Counted from the first letter of the stretch, positions 1-8,924 are shown. The stretch is 64,000 nucleotides of DNA from Alphaproteobacteria bacterium (GCA_965221125.1 CBDCRW010000005.1:352001-416000), one strand, 5' to 3'. Notes: a model not told the origin generated them from the letters alone. Program-made: numbers and translations.

Positions 1-46
1 CGACCCGCGGGTGGTGCGGACGGCGGGCGGAAGCTGAGGCGCGCCG

Positions 47-874
47 ATGGGCAAGCACTTTCCGTGGCGGCGCTACGGCCTCCTCCTCATCGGCGCCTCG
101 CTGACCCTGACCCTCATCCTGCTGGCAGCGCTCGCCCCCTGGATCACCCCGTTCTCGCCCTACGAGATCAACATCCCGGACCGCCTGCAGGGGCCGAGCG
201 CGGTGCACTGGCTGGGGACGGACGAGCTGGGCCGCGATACCTTCACGCGCACGGTCTATGCCGGCCGCATTTCGCTCATGGTGGGCGCCGTGGCGGTCGG
301 CATCGGCATCTTCGGCGGCATTCTGATCGGCCTCACTTCGGCCTACTTCGGCGGCGCGTACGACATGCTCTTCATGCGCAACATGGACATGCTGTACGCC
401 TTCCCGGCGATCCTGCTGGCGATCGTCATCATGGCCGGCCTCGGCACCAGCATGATCAACGCCATGATCGCGATCGGCATCATCTTCATACCCGGATTCG
501 CGCGGCTCGCGCGCGCCACCACGCAGGTGGTGCTGCGCCAGCAATTCGTCGAGGCGGCGCTGACCACGGGCATGTCCACCCGGCGTCTGCTGTTCCGCGA
601 GATCCTGCCGAACATCGCGACGCCGCTGATGGTGCAGGGCGCGATCGGCTTCGCCTATGCCGTGCTGATCGAATCGGCGTTGAGCTTCCTGGGCCTGGGA
701 GCACAGCCACCCGAGCCCAGCTGGGGCGAGATGATCAACTCGGGCCGCGGCCAGATGGCGCAGGCGCCCTGGCTCGGGATCGTCCCCGGCGCCGCCATCT
801 TCTTCAGCGTGCTCGGCTTCAACACGCTTGGTGACGGGCTGCGCGACTTCTTCGACCCCCATCTCAGGGACTAG
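47..874 (+). CDS. Peptide/nickel ABC transporter permease (DppC/OppC-like)
   Basis: HWLGTDELGRD motif, EAA loop (FVEAALTTGM), LSFLGLG..PP.P.WG, C-terminal LGDGLRD. Confidence 0.92.
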   Translation: MGKHFPWRRYGLLLIGASLTLTLILLAALAPWITPFSPYEINIPDRLQGPSAVHWLGTDELGRDTFTRTVYAGRISLMVGAVAVGIGIFGGILIGLTSAYFGGAYDMLFMRNMDMLYAFPAILLAIVIMAGLGTSMINAMIAIGIIFIPGFARLARATTQVVLRQQFVEAALTTGMSTRRLLFREILPNIATPLMVQGAIGFAYAVLIESALSFLGLGAQPPEPSWGEMINSGRGQMAQAPWLGIVPGAAIFFSVLGFNTLGDGLRDFFDPHLRD

Positions 875-912
875 ACTGGACAGGCTCGGCATAGCGGAAG
901 GGGAGGGCGTTC

Positions 913-1653
913 ATGGAGATCAACACATTCTCGATCGTCGGCCGCTGTGCGCGAACCGGCCAACTCGGCTGCGCCGTCGCCTCGGCGGGAACGGCCGTGG
1001 GCCCCATGTGCCTCTTCGCCCGCGCCGGCGTCGGTGCGGTCGCCTCGCAATCCTGGTGCAACCCCTACCTCGCCCATGACGGCCTCGACCTGATGGAGCA
1101 GGGCATGGGGGCGCAGGCGGTCTGCGACAAGCTCGTGGCCGAAGACCCCGGCCGCGAGATCAGGCAGGTCGCCTACGTCGACGCGCAGGGCGGCAGCGCG
1201 GCCTTCACCGGCAAGGACTGCGCTGAGTGGAACGGCGCCGTCAACGGGACGAACTTCTCTTCGCAGGGAAACCTGCTCACCGGCCCGGAGACGGTGAGCA
1301 CCATGGCCGAGGCCTTTCAGCGGCTGGAGGCGCTCGACCTCGCCGAACGGCTGATCGCCGCTCTGGAAGCAGGCGATGCGGCGGGCGGCGATGCGCGCGG
1401 GCGGCAGGGCGCGGCGGTGCTGGTAATGCACAAGGAGCGCTACCCGCTGGTAGATCTGCGCGCGGACGAGCACCGCTACCCGATCGTCGAGCTGAGGCGC
1501 ATCTACGAGGTGGCCAGGTACCAGAGCCTGCCGTTCGTGGCGCAGATGCCCACGCGAGACAACCCGCTCGGCAGCTTTGCCGAAGACATGCGCCGCAGCA
1601 TGAGCGTCTCGCCGGCCTACCGGCCGGGCGGTGGCGGCGGCGAGAGCGCGTGA
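913..1653 (+). CDS. DUF1028-family Ntn-hydrolase-like protein, paralog 1 (246 aa)
   Basis: N-terminal TFSIVGRC, NPYL, QGNLL, GGDxRG motifs; GGAGG RBS. Confidence 0.85.
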   Translation: MEINTFSIVGRCARTGQLGCAVASAGTAVGPMCLFARAGVGAVASQSWCNPYLAHDGLDLMEQGMGAQAVCDKLVAEDPGREIRQVAYVDAQGGSAAFTGKDCAEWNGAVNGTNFSSQGNLLTGPETVSTMAEAFQRLEALDLAERLIAALEAGDAAGGDARGRQGAAVLVMHKERYPLVDLRADEHRYPIVELRRIYEVARYQSLPFVAQMPTRDNPLGSFAEDMRRSMSVSPAYRPGGGGGESA

Positions 1654-1664
1654 GGGAGGCGGCC

Positions 1665-2405
1665 ATGCAGTTCAACACATTCTCGATCGTCGGCCGCTGC
1701 GCCCGCACCGGCCAGCTCGGCGCCGCCGTGGCGACGGCCGCGCCTGCCGTCGGCGCCTACTGCCCCTTCGCGCGGGCCGGCGCCGGCGCGGTCTCGTCGC
1801 AATCCTGGTGCAATCCCTACCTCGCCTACGACGGTCTCGACCTGATGGAGCAGGGCATGAGCGCGAGCGCGGTGTGCGACAGGCTGCTGGCGGAGGATCC
1901 CGGCCGCGAGACACGGCAGATCGGCTACGTCGATGCGAATGGCGGCGGCGCGGCCTTCACCGGCAACGAATGCCCGCCCTGGTGCGGCCACCTCACCGGC
2001 CCCGGCTTCAGCGCCCAGGGCAATCTGCTGATGGGGGGCGGCTGCGTGCCGGCGATGGCTGAGTCCTTCCGGCACACCGAGACACTGGACCTCGCCGAGC
2101 GCCTGATCGCGGCGCTGGAAGCGGGCCAGTCGGCAGGCGGCGATTCCCGCGGCAAGCAGTCGGCCGCAGTCTATGTGGTGCACACCGAGGTGTATCCGCT
2201 GGTCGACCTGCGGGCTGACGAGCATCGCAATCCGATCGGCGAGCTTCGGCGCATCTATGCCATCGCCAAGCAGGTGAGCCTGCCGTTCATGGCCCAGATG
2301 CCGACCCGCGACAATCCGCTCGGCGCCTTCGGCGACGACATGCGCTGGGGCCTGAGCATCGCGCCGATGGACCGTCCCGGCGGCGGTGGCAGCGGCGTCG
2401 GCTGA
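1665..2405 (+). CDS. DUF1028-family protein, paralog 2 (246 aa)
   Basis: ATG at 1665 after GGGAGG; MQFNTFSIVGRC; GGDSRGKQSAA; same length as its neighbours. Confidence 0.85.
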   Translation: MQFNTFSIVGRCARTGQLGAAVATAAPAVGAYCPFARAGAGAVSSQSWCNPYLAYDGLDLMEQGMSASAVCDRLLAEDPGRETRQIGYVDANGGGAAFTGNECPPWCGHLTGPGFSAQGNLLMGGGCVPAMAESFRHTETLDLAERLIAALEAGQSAGGDSRGKQSAAVYVVHTEVYPLVDLRADEHRNPIGELRRIYAIAKQVSLPFMAQMPTRDNPLGAFGDDMRWGLSIAPMDRPGGGGSGVG

Positions 2406-2426
2406 GGGCAAGGCGGAGGGGATTTC

Positions 2427-3167
2427 ATGCAGCTCAACACCTTCACCATCGTCGGCCGCTGCGCCCGCACCGGCATGCTGGGGGTCGCGGTGTGTACCGC
2501 GGCACCTGCGGTGGGCGGCTATTGCCCTTTCGTCCGCGCCAGGGCGGGCGCAGTCGCCACCATGTCGTGGGTCAACCCCTATCTCGCCATCGACGGCCTC
2601 AAGCTGATGGCGGACGGCGTCTCGGCACGGGATGCTCTCGACCGGCTGATTGCCGAAGACCCGGGACGTGCGGTGCGCCAGGTTGGCATGGTCGATTCAC
2701 AAGGCGGGAGCGCCGCGTTCACCGGCGAGGACTGCGGCCCATGGTGCGGCCACCGACACGGCGACAACTACTCGGCCCAGGGCAACATCCTGGTGGGCGA
2801 AGGCACGGTGATCGCCATGGCTGAGACCTTCCAGAACACCGAGGCGCTGGCGCTGCCCGAACGCCTGCTGCTCGCGCTGGAGGCGGGTCAGGCCACCGGC
2901 GGCGACGCCCGCGGCAAGCAGTCGGCGGCACTGCTGGTCCACTGGAGGGAGGAATACCCCTACGTCGACCTGCGGGCCGACGAGCACCGCTATCCCGTGG
3001 CGGAGCTACGGCGCATCTACGAGGTGGCCAAGTATCAGAGCCTGCCCTTCGTCGCGCAGATGCCGACGCGGGACAATCCGCTCGGCAGCTTCAGCGACGA
3101 GATCGAGGCCAGCATGAGCGTGGCACCTGCCTATCGGCGGGGCGGCGGTGGCGGCGAGAGCGCCTGA
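2427..3167 (+). CDS. DUF1028-family protein, paralog 3 (246 aa)
   Basis: MQLNTFTIVGRC; GGDARGKQSAA; GGAGG RBS. Confidence 0.85.
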   Translation: MQLNTFTIVGRCARTGMLGVAVCTAAPAVGGYCPFVRARAGAVATMSWVNPYLAIDGLKLMADGVSARDALDRLIAEDPGRAVRQVGMVDSQGGSAAFTGEDCGPWCGHRHGDNYSAQGNILVGEGTVIAMAETFQNTEALALPERLLLALEAGQATGGDARGKQSAALLVHWREEYPYVDLRADEHRYPVAELRRIYEVAKYQSLPFVAQMPTRDNPLGSFSDEIEASMSVAPAYRRGGGGGESA

Positions 3168-3200
3168 CGGCGCCTGAGCCCTGGAACTCCGGTAATCGGC

Positions 3201-4226
3201 ATGACCCCCGCCTCCAGCAACGGCCGCGACATTCGCCCGCACGCGCGGGACGACCGGCCGGCGACGCTCCGGATCGATGACCTGAGCATCGAGTTTTCGG
3301 GCTCGCGCGGCACGGCGCGCGTGGTCGATCGCGCGAACCTGGAAGTCTGGCCGGGGGAGATCGTTGGCCTGATCGGCGAATCCGGCTCGGGCAAGACGAT
3401 GACGGCGCTCTCAGTGCTCGGCCTCCTGCCCAAGCGCGCAAGGATCGCATCGGGCACCATCTCGCTCGCCGGCGAGACGTTGACCGGCAAGTCGGAGCGC
3501 GAGATGCGCGACATTCGCGGCAACCGCGTCTCGCTGATCCCGCAGGACGCGCTGCGCGCGCTCAATCCCGTTCTCAGGGTGGGCCGCCAGGTGGGCGAGC
3601 CCTATGAGCTCCACCGCGGGCTGGGGCGGGCGCCATCGCATGCGCGGGCGGTGGACCTGCTCGATTCGGTGCATCTGCCAGCCGCCGAGACCCGCGCGCG
3701 CGAGTACCCGCACCAGTATTCGGGCGGCATGCAGCAGCGGGCGATGATCGCGATGGGGCTCGCGCTCGAGCCGGAGCTGCTGATCGCGGACGAGCCGACC
3801 ACGGCGCTCGACGTTACGGTGCAGGCCCAGGTGCTCAGGCTGCTGCGCGAGATCCGCGACACCCACGGGACCGCGATCCTGTTCATCACCCACGATCTCG
3901 GGGTCATCGTCGAGCTGTGCGACTGGGTCTACGTCATGTACGCGGGCGCCATACTCGAACGCGCCCCGGTCTCGCATCTGTTCGAACGGCCGAGCCATCC
4001 CTACACCCGGGCGCTGCTGCGGGCGACGCCGACGGTGAAGACGGTGCAGGAGGAGCTGCTCTCGATCCCCGGACAGATTCCCTCCCCCTACGAGCTGCCG
4101 GAAGGCTGCCGGTTCGCCGACCGCTGCGATCGCCGCTTCGACCGCTGCACCAGCGAGCCCGAGTTCATGGCGGTCGAGGCCGGCCACAGCGCCCGCTGCT
4201 GGCTGCTAGACGAAGCCGGTGCCTGA
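3201..4226 (+). CDS. Peptide ABC transporter ATP-binding protein (DppD/OppD-like)
   Basis: Walker A GESGSGKT, YSGGMQQR, ADEPTTALD, C-terminal HPYT..GCRFxxRC. Confidence 0.93.
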   Translation: MTPASSNGRDIRPHARDDRPATLRIDDLSIEFSGSRGTARVVDRANLEVWPGEIVGLIGESGSGKTMTALSVLGLLPKRARIASGTISLAGETLTGKSEREMRDIRGNRVSLIPQDALRALNPVLRVGRQVGEPYELHRGLGRAPSHARAVDLLDSVHLPAAETRAREYPHQYSGGMQQRAMIAMGLALEPELLIADEPTTALDVTVQAQVLRLLREIRDTHGTAILFITHDLGVIVELCDWVYVMYAGAILERAPVSHLFERPSHPYTRALLRATPTVKTVQEELLSIPGQIPSPYELPEGCRFADRCDRRFDRCTSEPEFMAVEAGHSARCWLLDEAGA

Positions 4227-5031
4227 TCCACTGGTGCGCTGCGAGGCGCTCTCCAAGCGCTACGGCGGCACCGGCCTCCTGAGCCGCCGCCACGCGGTAG
4301 ATGCGGTCGCCAGCGTCTCGCTCGACGTGGCGCCGGGGGAGACCCTCGGCATCGTCGGCGAGTCGGGCTCGGGCAAGTCGACCCTGCTTCGCCTAATCCT
4401 GCGTCTCCTGCGCCCGACGAGCGGGCAGATCTGGTTCGAGGACCAGGACATCGCCACCCTCTCGCGGCGCTCGCTGCGGGAGATGCGGCGCCGCGTGCAG
4501 TGCGTGTTCCAGGACCCGACCTCTTCGTTCAACCCGCGCCAGTCGATCGGCGCTGCGCTCCGGACGCCGCTGGAGGTGCACGACATCGGCACCCGGCGCG
4601 ACCGCGACTCCCACGTCGGCGAGGCGCTCGAGCTGGTGGGGTTGAATGCGGGGTTCGCCAGCCGCTATCCGCACCAGCTTTCCGGCGGGCAGCGCCAGCG
4701 GGCGGCGATCGCGCGTGCGATCATCCTACGCCCCGCGCTCGTGCTGGCGGACGAGCCGACGTCTGCTCTCGACGTCTCTGTCCAGGCGCAGATCCTCAAC
4801 CTGTTCAAGCAGACCAAGCGCGAGCTGGGGCTCACCTACATCTTCGTCAGCCACGATCTCGGCGTGATCCGCTACATCAGCGACAGCGTGGCGGTGATGT
4901 ATCTGGGGCGGGTCGTCGAGACCGGCGGCGCGGCCGAGGTTTTCACCGCCCCGCGCCACGACTACACCAAGGCGCTGCTGGCCGCGGTCCCGGGTGCGAG
5001 CCTGCAAATCCCCGAAGCCGACATGGGTTAG
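4219..5031 (+). CDS. Peptide ABC transporter ATP-binding protein (DppF/OppF-like)
   Basis: GESGSGKS, LSGGQRQR, ADEPTSALD; overlaps the upstream stop. Confidence 0.92.
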   Translation: MPDPLVRCEALSKRYGGTGLLSRRHAVDAVASVSLDVAPGETLGIVGESGSGKSTLLRLILRLLRPTSGQIWFEDQDIATLSRRSLREMRRRVQCVFQDPTSSFNPRQSIGAALRTPLEVHDIGTRRDRDSHVGEALELVGLNAGFASRYPHQLSGGQRQRAAIARAIILRPALVLADEPTSALDVSVQAQILNLFKQTKRELGLTYIFVSHDLGVIRYISDSVAVMYLGRVVETGGAAEVFTAPRHDYTKALLAAVPGASLQIPEADMG

Positions 5032-5096
5032 AGCATTTTCCGACTCTATAGAATCTTTAGAATTTTCAATCGCTTGGAAATGTGATTGAACGAAGG

Positions 5097-6359
5097 TGAT
5101 CCTACCCCATCGGATTGGTCCACCCTTAGGTTATGGAAAGAGGAGGGCCGACGATGGCAAGGAAGCGTTACAAGCCCGAGGAGATCGTGAACTTGCTGCG
5201 GCAGGCGGAAGTCCTGCACGGCCAGGGCCTGTCGATGGCGGACGCGATCCGCGAGCTGGGGATCAGCGAGGTTACCTTCTACCGCTGGCGCAAGGAGTAC
5301 GCCGGGATGAGCGGCGATCAGCTTCGCCGTTTGAAGGAGCTCGAGAAGGAGAACGAGCGGCTGCGCCGTGCGGTCTCCGATCTGACGCTGGACAAGCAGA
5401 TCCTGAAAGAGGCCGCAGGGGGAAACTTCTAAGCCCCTCGCGCCGGCGGGCGTGCATCGATCATGTCTGCGACCGGCTCGGGATTTCGGAGCGCCGGGCT
5501 TGCCGGGTGCTGGGGCAGCACCGCTCGACCCAGCGCCGCAACCCGCGTGGCCGTGCCGACGAGGACCGCCTGGTGGCGGACATGATCGAGCTGGCCCGCC
5601 AGTATGGCCGCTACGGATACCGGCGGATCGCCGCCCTGCTGCGCGACGCCGGCTGGCAGGTCAACGACAAGCGGGTCGAGCGCCTGTGGCGGCGCGAGGG
5701 GCTGAAGGTGCCCGGGAAACAACCCAAGCGGGGCCGTCTGTGGCTCAACGACGGCTCCTGCATCCGGCTGCGCGCCGAGCGGGCGGACCACGTCTGGTCC
5801 TACGACTTCGTCCATCACCGGACCTATGACAGCCGGGCCTTCCGCATGCTCAATGTCCTGGACGAGTTCACCCGCAAGAGCCTGGCCATCCGGGTTCGGC
5901 GCAAGCTCTCCTCGATCGACGTCATCGACGTGCTGACCGATCTGTTCATCCTGCGCGGCATCCCGGCCTGGATCCGTTCCGACAACGGCCCGGAGTTCAT
6001 CGCCGAGGCTGTACGGCGGTGGATCGCTGCGGTCGGCGCCCGGACCGCCTTCATCGAGCCGGGCTCACCCTGGGAGAACGGCTATATCGAGAGCTTCAAT
6101 GCCCGGCTGCGCGACGAGCTCCTGAACGGGGAGATCTTCTACACCCTGAAGGAAGCCCAGGTTCTCATCGAATCCTGGCGGCGCCATTACAACGCAATCC
6201 GCCCACACAGCAGCCTGGGATATCGGCCGCCGGCCCCGGAGACGGTCGTCTTGCCAAGCTGGCCGCCCGGCTCCGCTACGCTCCGCCGGCCACCCAGCTT
6301 GGCCGAGAAACCCGCAATGCACTAATATTCGACCTGGACCAGTCGACGGGGGCAGGTCA
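5097..6359 (+). mobile_element. IS3-family insertion sequence, apparently complete (1263 bp)
   Basis: TG...CA ends; imperfect IRs TGATCCTACCCCATCGGATTGGTCCA / TGGACCAGTCGACGGGGGCAGGTCA; orfA plus orfB with DDE triad; no target duplication visible. Confidence 0.92.
5154..6325 (+). CDS. IS3 transposase OrfAB (orfA 5154-5432; -1 frameshift into orfB)
   Basis: OrfA HTH plus leucine zipper (LKELEKENERLRR); slippery G GGA AAC at 5420-5426; orfB WSYDF, RSDNG, IESFN. Confidence 0.9.
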
Positions 6360-7310
6360 ATGAAACTCATAGCCCGTACCCTCTCCGCCGTGGCCTTCGT
6401 AGTCGCTTCGCTTCTTGCCAGCCACGGAACAGCCGGAAGCGTGGATGATGTTGTAAGGCCAGCAGAAGAGATTGCGCTGCATGACGCAGCGGGCCGTGTC
6501 GAGGCAGGCGGGCGTGTAGGGTTTGTTCCGACGGCGCTGCTGGCCGAAGCGGAAGTGGGGCCGAAGGCGGGGGAAACATTCCGGGATTGCCCGTCCTGTC
6601 CGGAAATGGTGGTGGTGCCGGCGGGTTCGTTCGTCATGGGCTCGCCGAGGTCGGAAGTAGGCCGTGACGGAGATGAAGTCCTGCAGCATGAGGTGACGAT
6701 CTCGCAACCCTTTGCGGTGGGCAAACACGAGGTGACGTTTGCGGAATGGGATACCTGCGTATCCGCTGGCGGATGCGACGGGTATCGCCCCGATGACAAG
6801 GGCTGGGGCCGTGGAAGTCGGCCGGTCATCCATGTGACCTGGAACGAAGCGCGGTCGTATGTCGCGTGGCTGTCGCGGAAGACGGGGAAGGAGTACCGGC
6901 TGTTGACGGAGGCGGAGTGGGAATATGCGGCGCGCGCGAAGACGCGGACGCGCTATAGCTGGGGGGATTCGGTGGGCCGGAACCGGGCGAACTGCCGCGG
7001 CTGCGGCAGCCGCTGGGACGGCCGTGAAACGGCTCCGGCGGGTTCGTTTGCGGCGAACGGTTTCGGCTTGCATGACATGTCGGGCAATGTATCGGAATGG
7101 GTCGAGGACTGCTGGCACAATGACTATGCGGGCGCGCCGTCGGACGGCAGCGCTTGGGTGGCGGGCGGTGATTGCGGGCAGCGCGTATTGCGCGGCGGTT
7201 CGTGGAGCAACATACCGTGGTTCCTCCGTTCCGCCATCCGCCTCGGGTACAGCGTCGGGAACCGGGTCGTCACCTTCGGCTTCCGCGTTGCCCGGACGCT
7301 TACGCCTTGA
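6360..7310 (+). CDS. Secreted FGE-sulfatase/SUMF1-type (CLec-fold) domain protein, probable DGR target
   Basis: Signal-peptide-like N-terminus; FxMGS, EVT, PVxxVTW, RLLTEAEWEYAARA, NGFGLHDMSGNVSEW, RGGSW...GFR; lacks the catalytic Cys pair of true FGE. Confidence 0.88.
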   Translation: MKLIARTLSAVAFVVASLLASHGTAGSVDDVVRPAEEIALHDAAGRVEAGGRVGFVPTALLAEAEVGPKAGETFRDCPSCPEMVVVPAGSFVMGSPRSEVGRDGDEVLQHEVTISQPFAVGKHEVTFAEWDTCVSAGGCDGYRPDDKGWGRGSRPVIHVTWNEARSYVAWLSRKTGKEYRLLTEAEWEYAARAKTRTRYSWGDSVGRNRANCRGCGSRWDGRETAPAGSFAANGFGLHDMSGNVSEWVEDCWHNDYAGAPSDGSAWVAGGDCGQRVLRGGSWSNIPWFLRSAIRLGYSVGNRVVTFGFRVARTLTP

Positions 7311-7335
7311 GTGCTCACTTGTTTACCTCGGGGGT

Positions 7336-7354
7336 CCGGGGGCGGAGCCCCCGG
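7336..7354 (+). promoter_or_regulatory. 8-bp GC stem with GGA loop (DGR-type target-recognition hairpin candidate)
   Basis: CCGGGGGC-GGA-GCCCCCGG, 25 nt after the FGE stop, no U-tract. Confidence 0.6.
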
Positions 7355-7433
7355 CAGGATTATTTCGCGGGGCCTCGTGCCGCCTCGACGACTATCGGCA
7401 CGAACCGGCCGACCCCGACACCGCCCGCCGGCT

Positions 7434-7918
7434 GGATCCTCCCCCATCGGATTGGTCCACCCTTAGGTTATGGAAAGAGGAGGACCGGCGATGGCAAGGA
7501 AGCGGTACAAGCCTGAGGAGATCGTGAGCCTGCTGCGGCAGGCGGAAGTTCTGCACGGCCAGGGCATGTCGATGGCGGATGCGATCCGACAGCTCGGGAT
7601 CAGCGAGGTTACCTTCTACCGGTGGCGCAAGGAGTATGCCGGAATGAGCGGCGATCAGCTTCGCCGTCTGAAGGAACTCGAGAAGGAGAACGAGCGGCTG
7701 CGCCGTGCGGTCTCCGATCTGACGCTGGACAAGCAGATCCTCAAAGAAGCCGCGGGGGGAAACTTCTAAGCCCCTCGCGCCGGCGCCAGTGCATCGATCA
7801 TGTCTGCGACCGGCTCGGGGTCTCGGAACGCCGCGCCTGCCGGGTGCTGGGTCAGCATCGCTCGACCCAGCGCCGCATCCCGCGCGGCCATGCCGACGAG
7901 GACCGCCTGGTCGCGGAC
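7434..7918 (+). mobile_element. Truncated second copy of the IS3 element (left end, orfA, start of orfB)
   Basis: Near-identical but not identical to 5097-5581; homology stops after ...GACCGCCTGGTCGCGGAC. Confidence 0.9.
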
Positions 7919-7975
7919 TCCCTCTCACCGCAGCATTTGCTGAATCAGACGCTGCAGGTTCACCTGAGATCGATT

Positions 7976-8314
7976 TCATCGGTTGGCGGGGCTCTCCCGC
8001 TGGTTCTTGTACGCGACCCACCGGCCGTCATGCACCACGACGGGGAAGGGGACCACGACCTTGCGTGGGTCGGTGCCGGGGCCTCCCCAGCCGACGAGGT
8101 GCTCCCTGAAACCCGTCTCGCCGTCCCGGCTGTAGCCCAGGAACCGCATCTGGCGGGACCGGTGACTCTCGCCCTGCCGCTCGTGGACCGTCTGGGCGGA
8201 CGTGTCGATGACGGGGACGGGGCGAAGGCCGCTGGTGACCACGCGCATGTCCGAGATGCAGGCGGCGATCAAGAGGACCGCGACCAACACGGTCGCCGCG
8301 ACAATCCCCCTCAC
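7976..8314 (-). CDS. Hypothetical phage/island-like protein, possible lipoprotein (112 aa)
   Basis: GTG start overlapping an upstream TGA; hydrophobic stretch ending LIAAC; ATGA-coupled to a downstream ORF cut by the IS3. Confidence 0.4.
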   Translation of the reverse strand: MRGIVAATVLVAVLLIAACISDMRVVTSGLRPVPVIDTSAQTVHERQGESHRSRQMRFLGYSRDGETGFREHLVGWGGPGTDPRKVVVPFPVVVHDGRWVAYKNQRESPANR

Positions 8315-8416
8315 GTTCTCGATTCCATCTCGTCCAGCAGAGCCTCGGCCCGTCGCCGTTCCGCCGCCTCGGCGACCATATAAGGGACGCTCCTCTTCCC
8401 GATCGGGTTCAGTAGG

Positions 8417-8770
8417 GTGATCAGGGAGGATCAGAAGCGTACGCCGACCGTGCCGGTGCCGAGCCGCCTGCTGGCGCACCTTCGGCGCTGGGAGCGGATG
8501 GGCGCTCGATGGGTTGTGGAGATCGATGGCCAGCGTGTGGGGTCCGTCAGAACGGCGTGGAGGAAGGCGCTGCGCGACTCCGGGATCGATCCCTGCCGCC
8601 CTCATGATCTTCGACACACCTGCGCCACTTGGCTCATGCAGGCAGGAGCGGACAAGTGGGCAGTGGTTGGCTACTTGGGTATGGGCCTTGACGTGCTCGA
8701 ACGGGTGTACGGCCATCATCATCCCGATCGTCTGCGCGGCGCCGTCGAGGCCATGGAGCGGCGCGGATGA
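8417..8770 (+). pseudogene. Tyrosine recombinase/integrase C-terminal fragment
   Basis: PHDLRHTCATWL (HxxR box), GYLG and YGH catalytic-Tyr region; N-terminal and core domains missing. Confidence 0.82.
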
Positions 8771-8879
8771 TGGGCGTTTCTGTGCGATCGCAGAGAAATA
8801 GGTGGATCAAAGCGAGTTGAACGTGAACGAAACAGGCAAATATTGGCGCCCACAAGGCGAACGAATGGGTCGCGAGTGT

Positions 8880-8924
8880 CTTGGTAAGGGAGGGGTCGGA
8901 AGTTCAATTCTTCCCGGCGGCACC
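8880..8924 (+). other. 3' half of tRNA-Thr(GGT); att-like integration scar
   Basis: Anticodon loop TTGGTAA, T-arm GGAAG-TTCAATT-CTTCC, acceptor strand CGGCGGC-ACC; 5' half and D-arm absent; next to the integrase fragment. Confidence 0.8.

Noticed and set aside
6360-7310. Catalytic formylglycine-generating enzyme
   Set aside because: The Cys pair that follows RGGS in true FGE is absent and no sulfatase gene is nearby.
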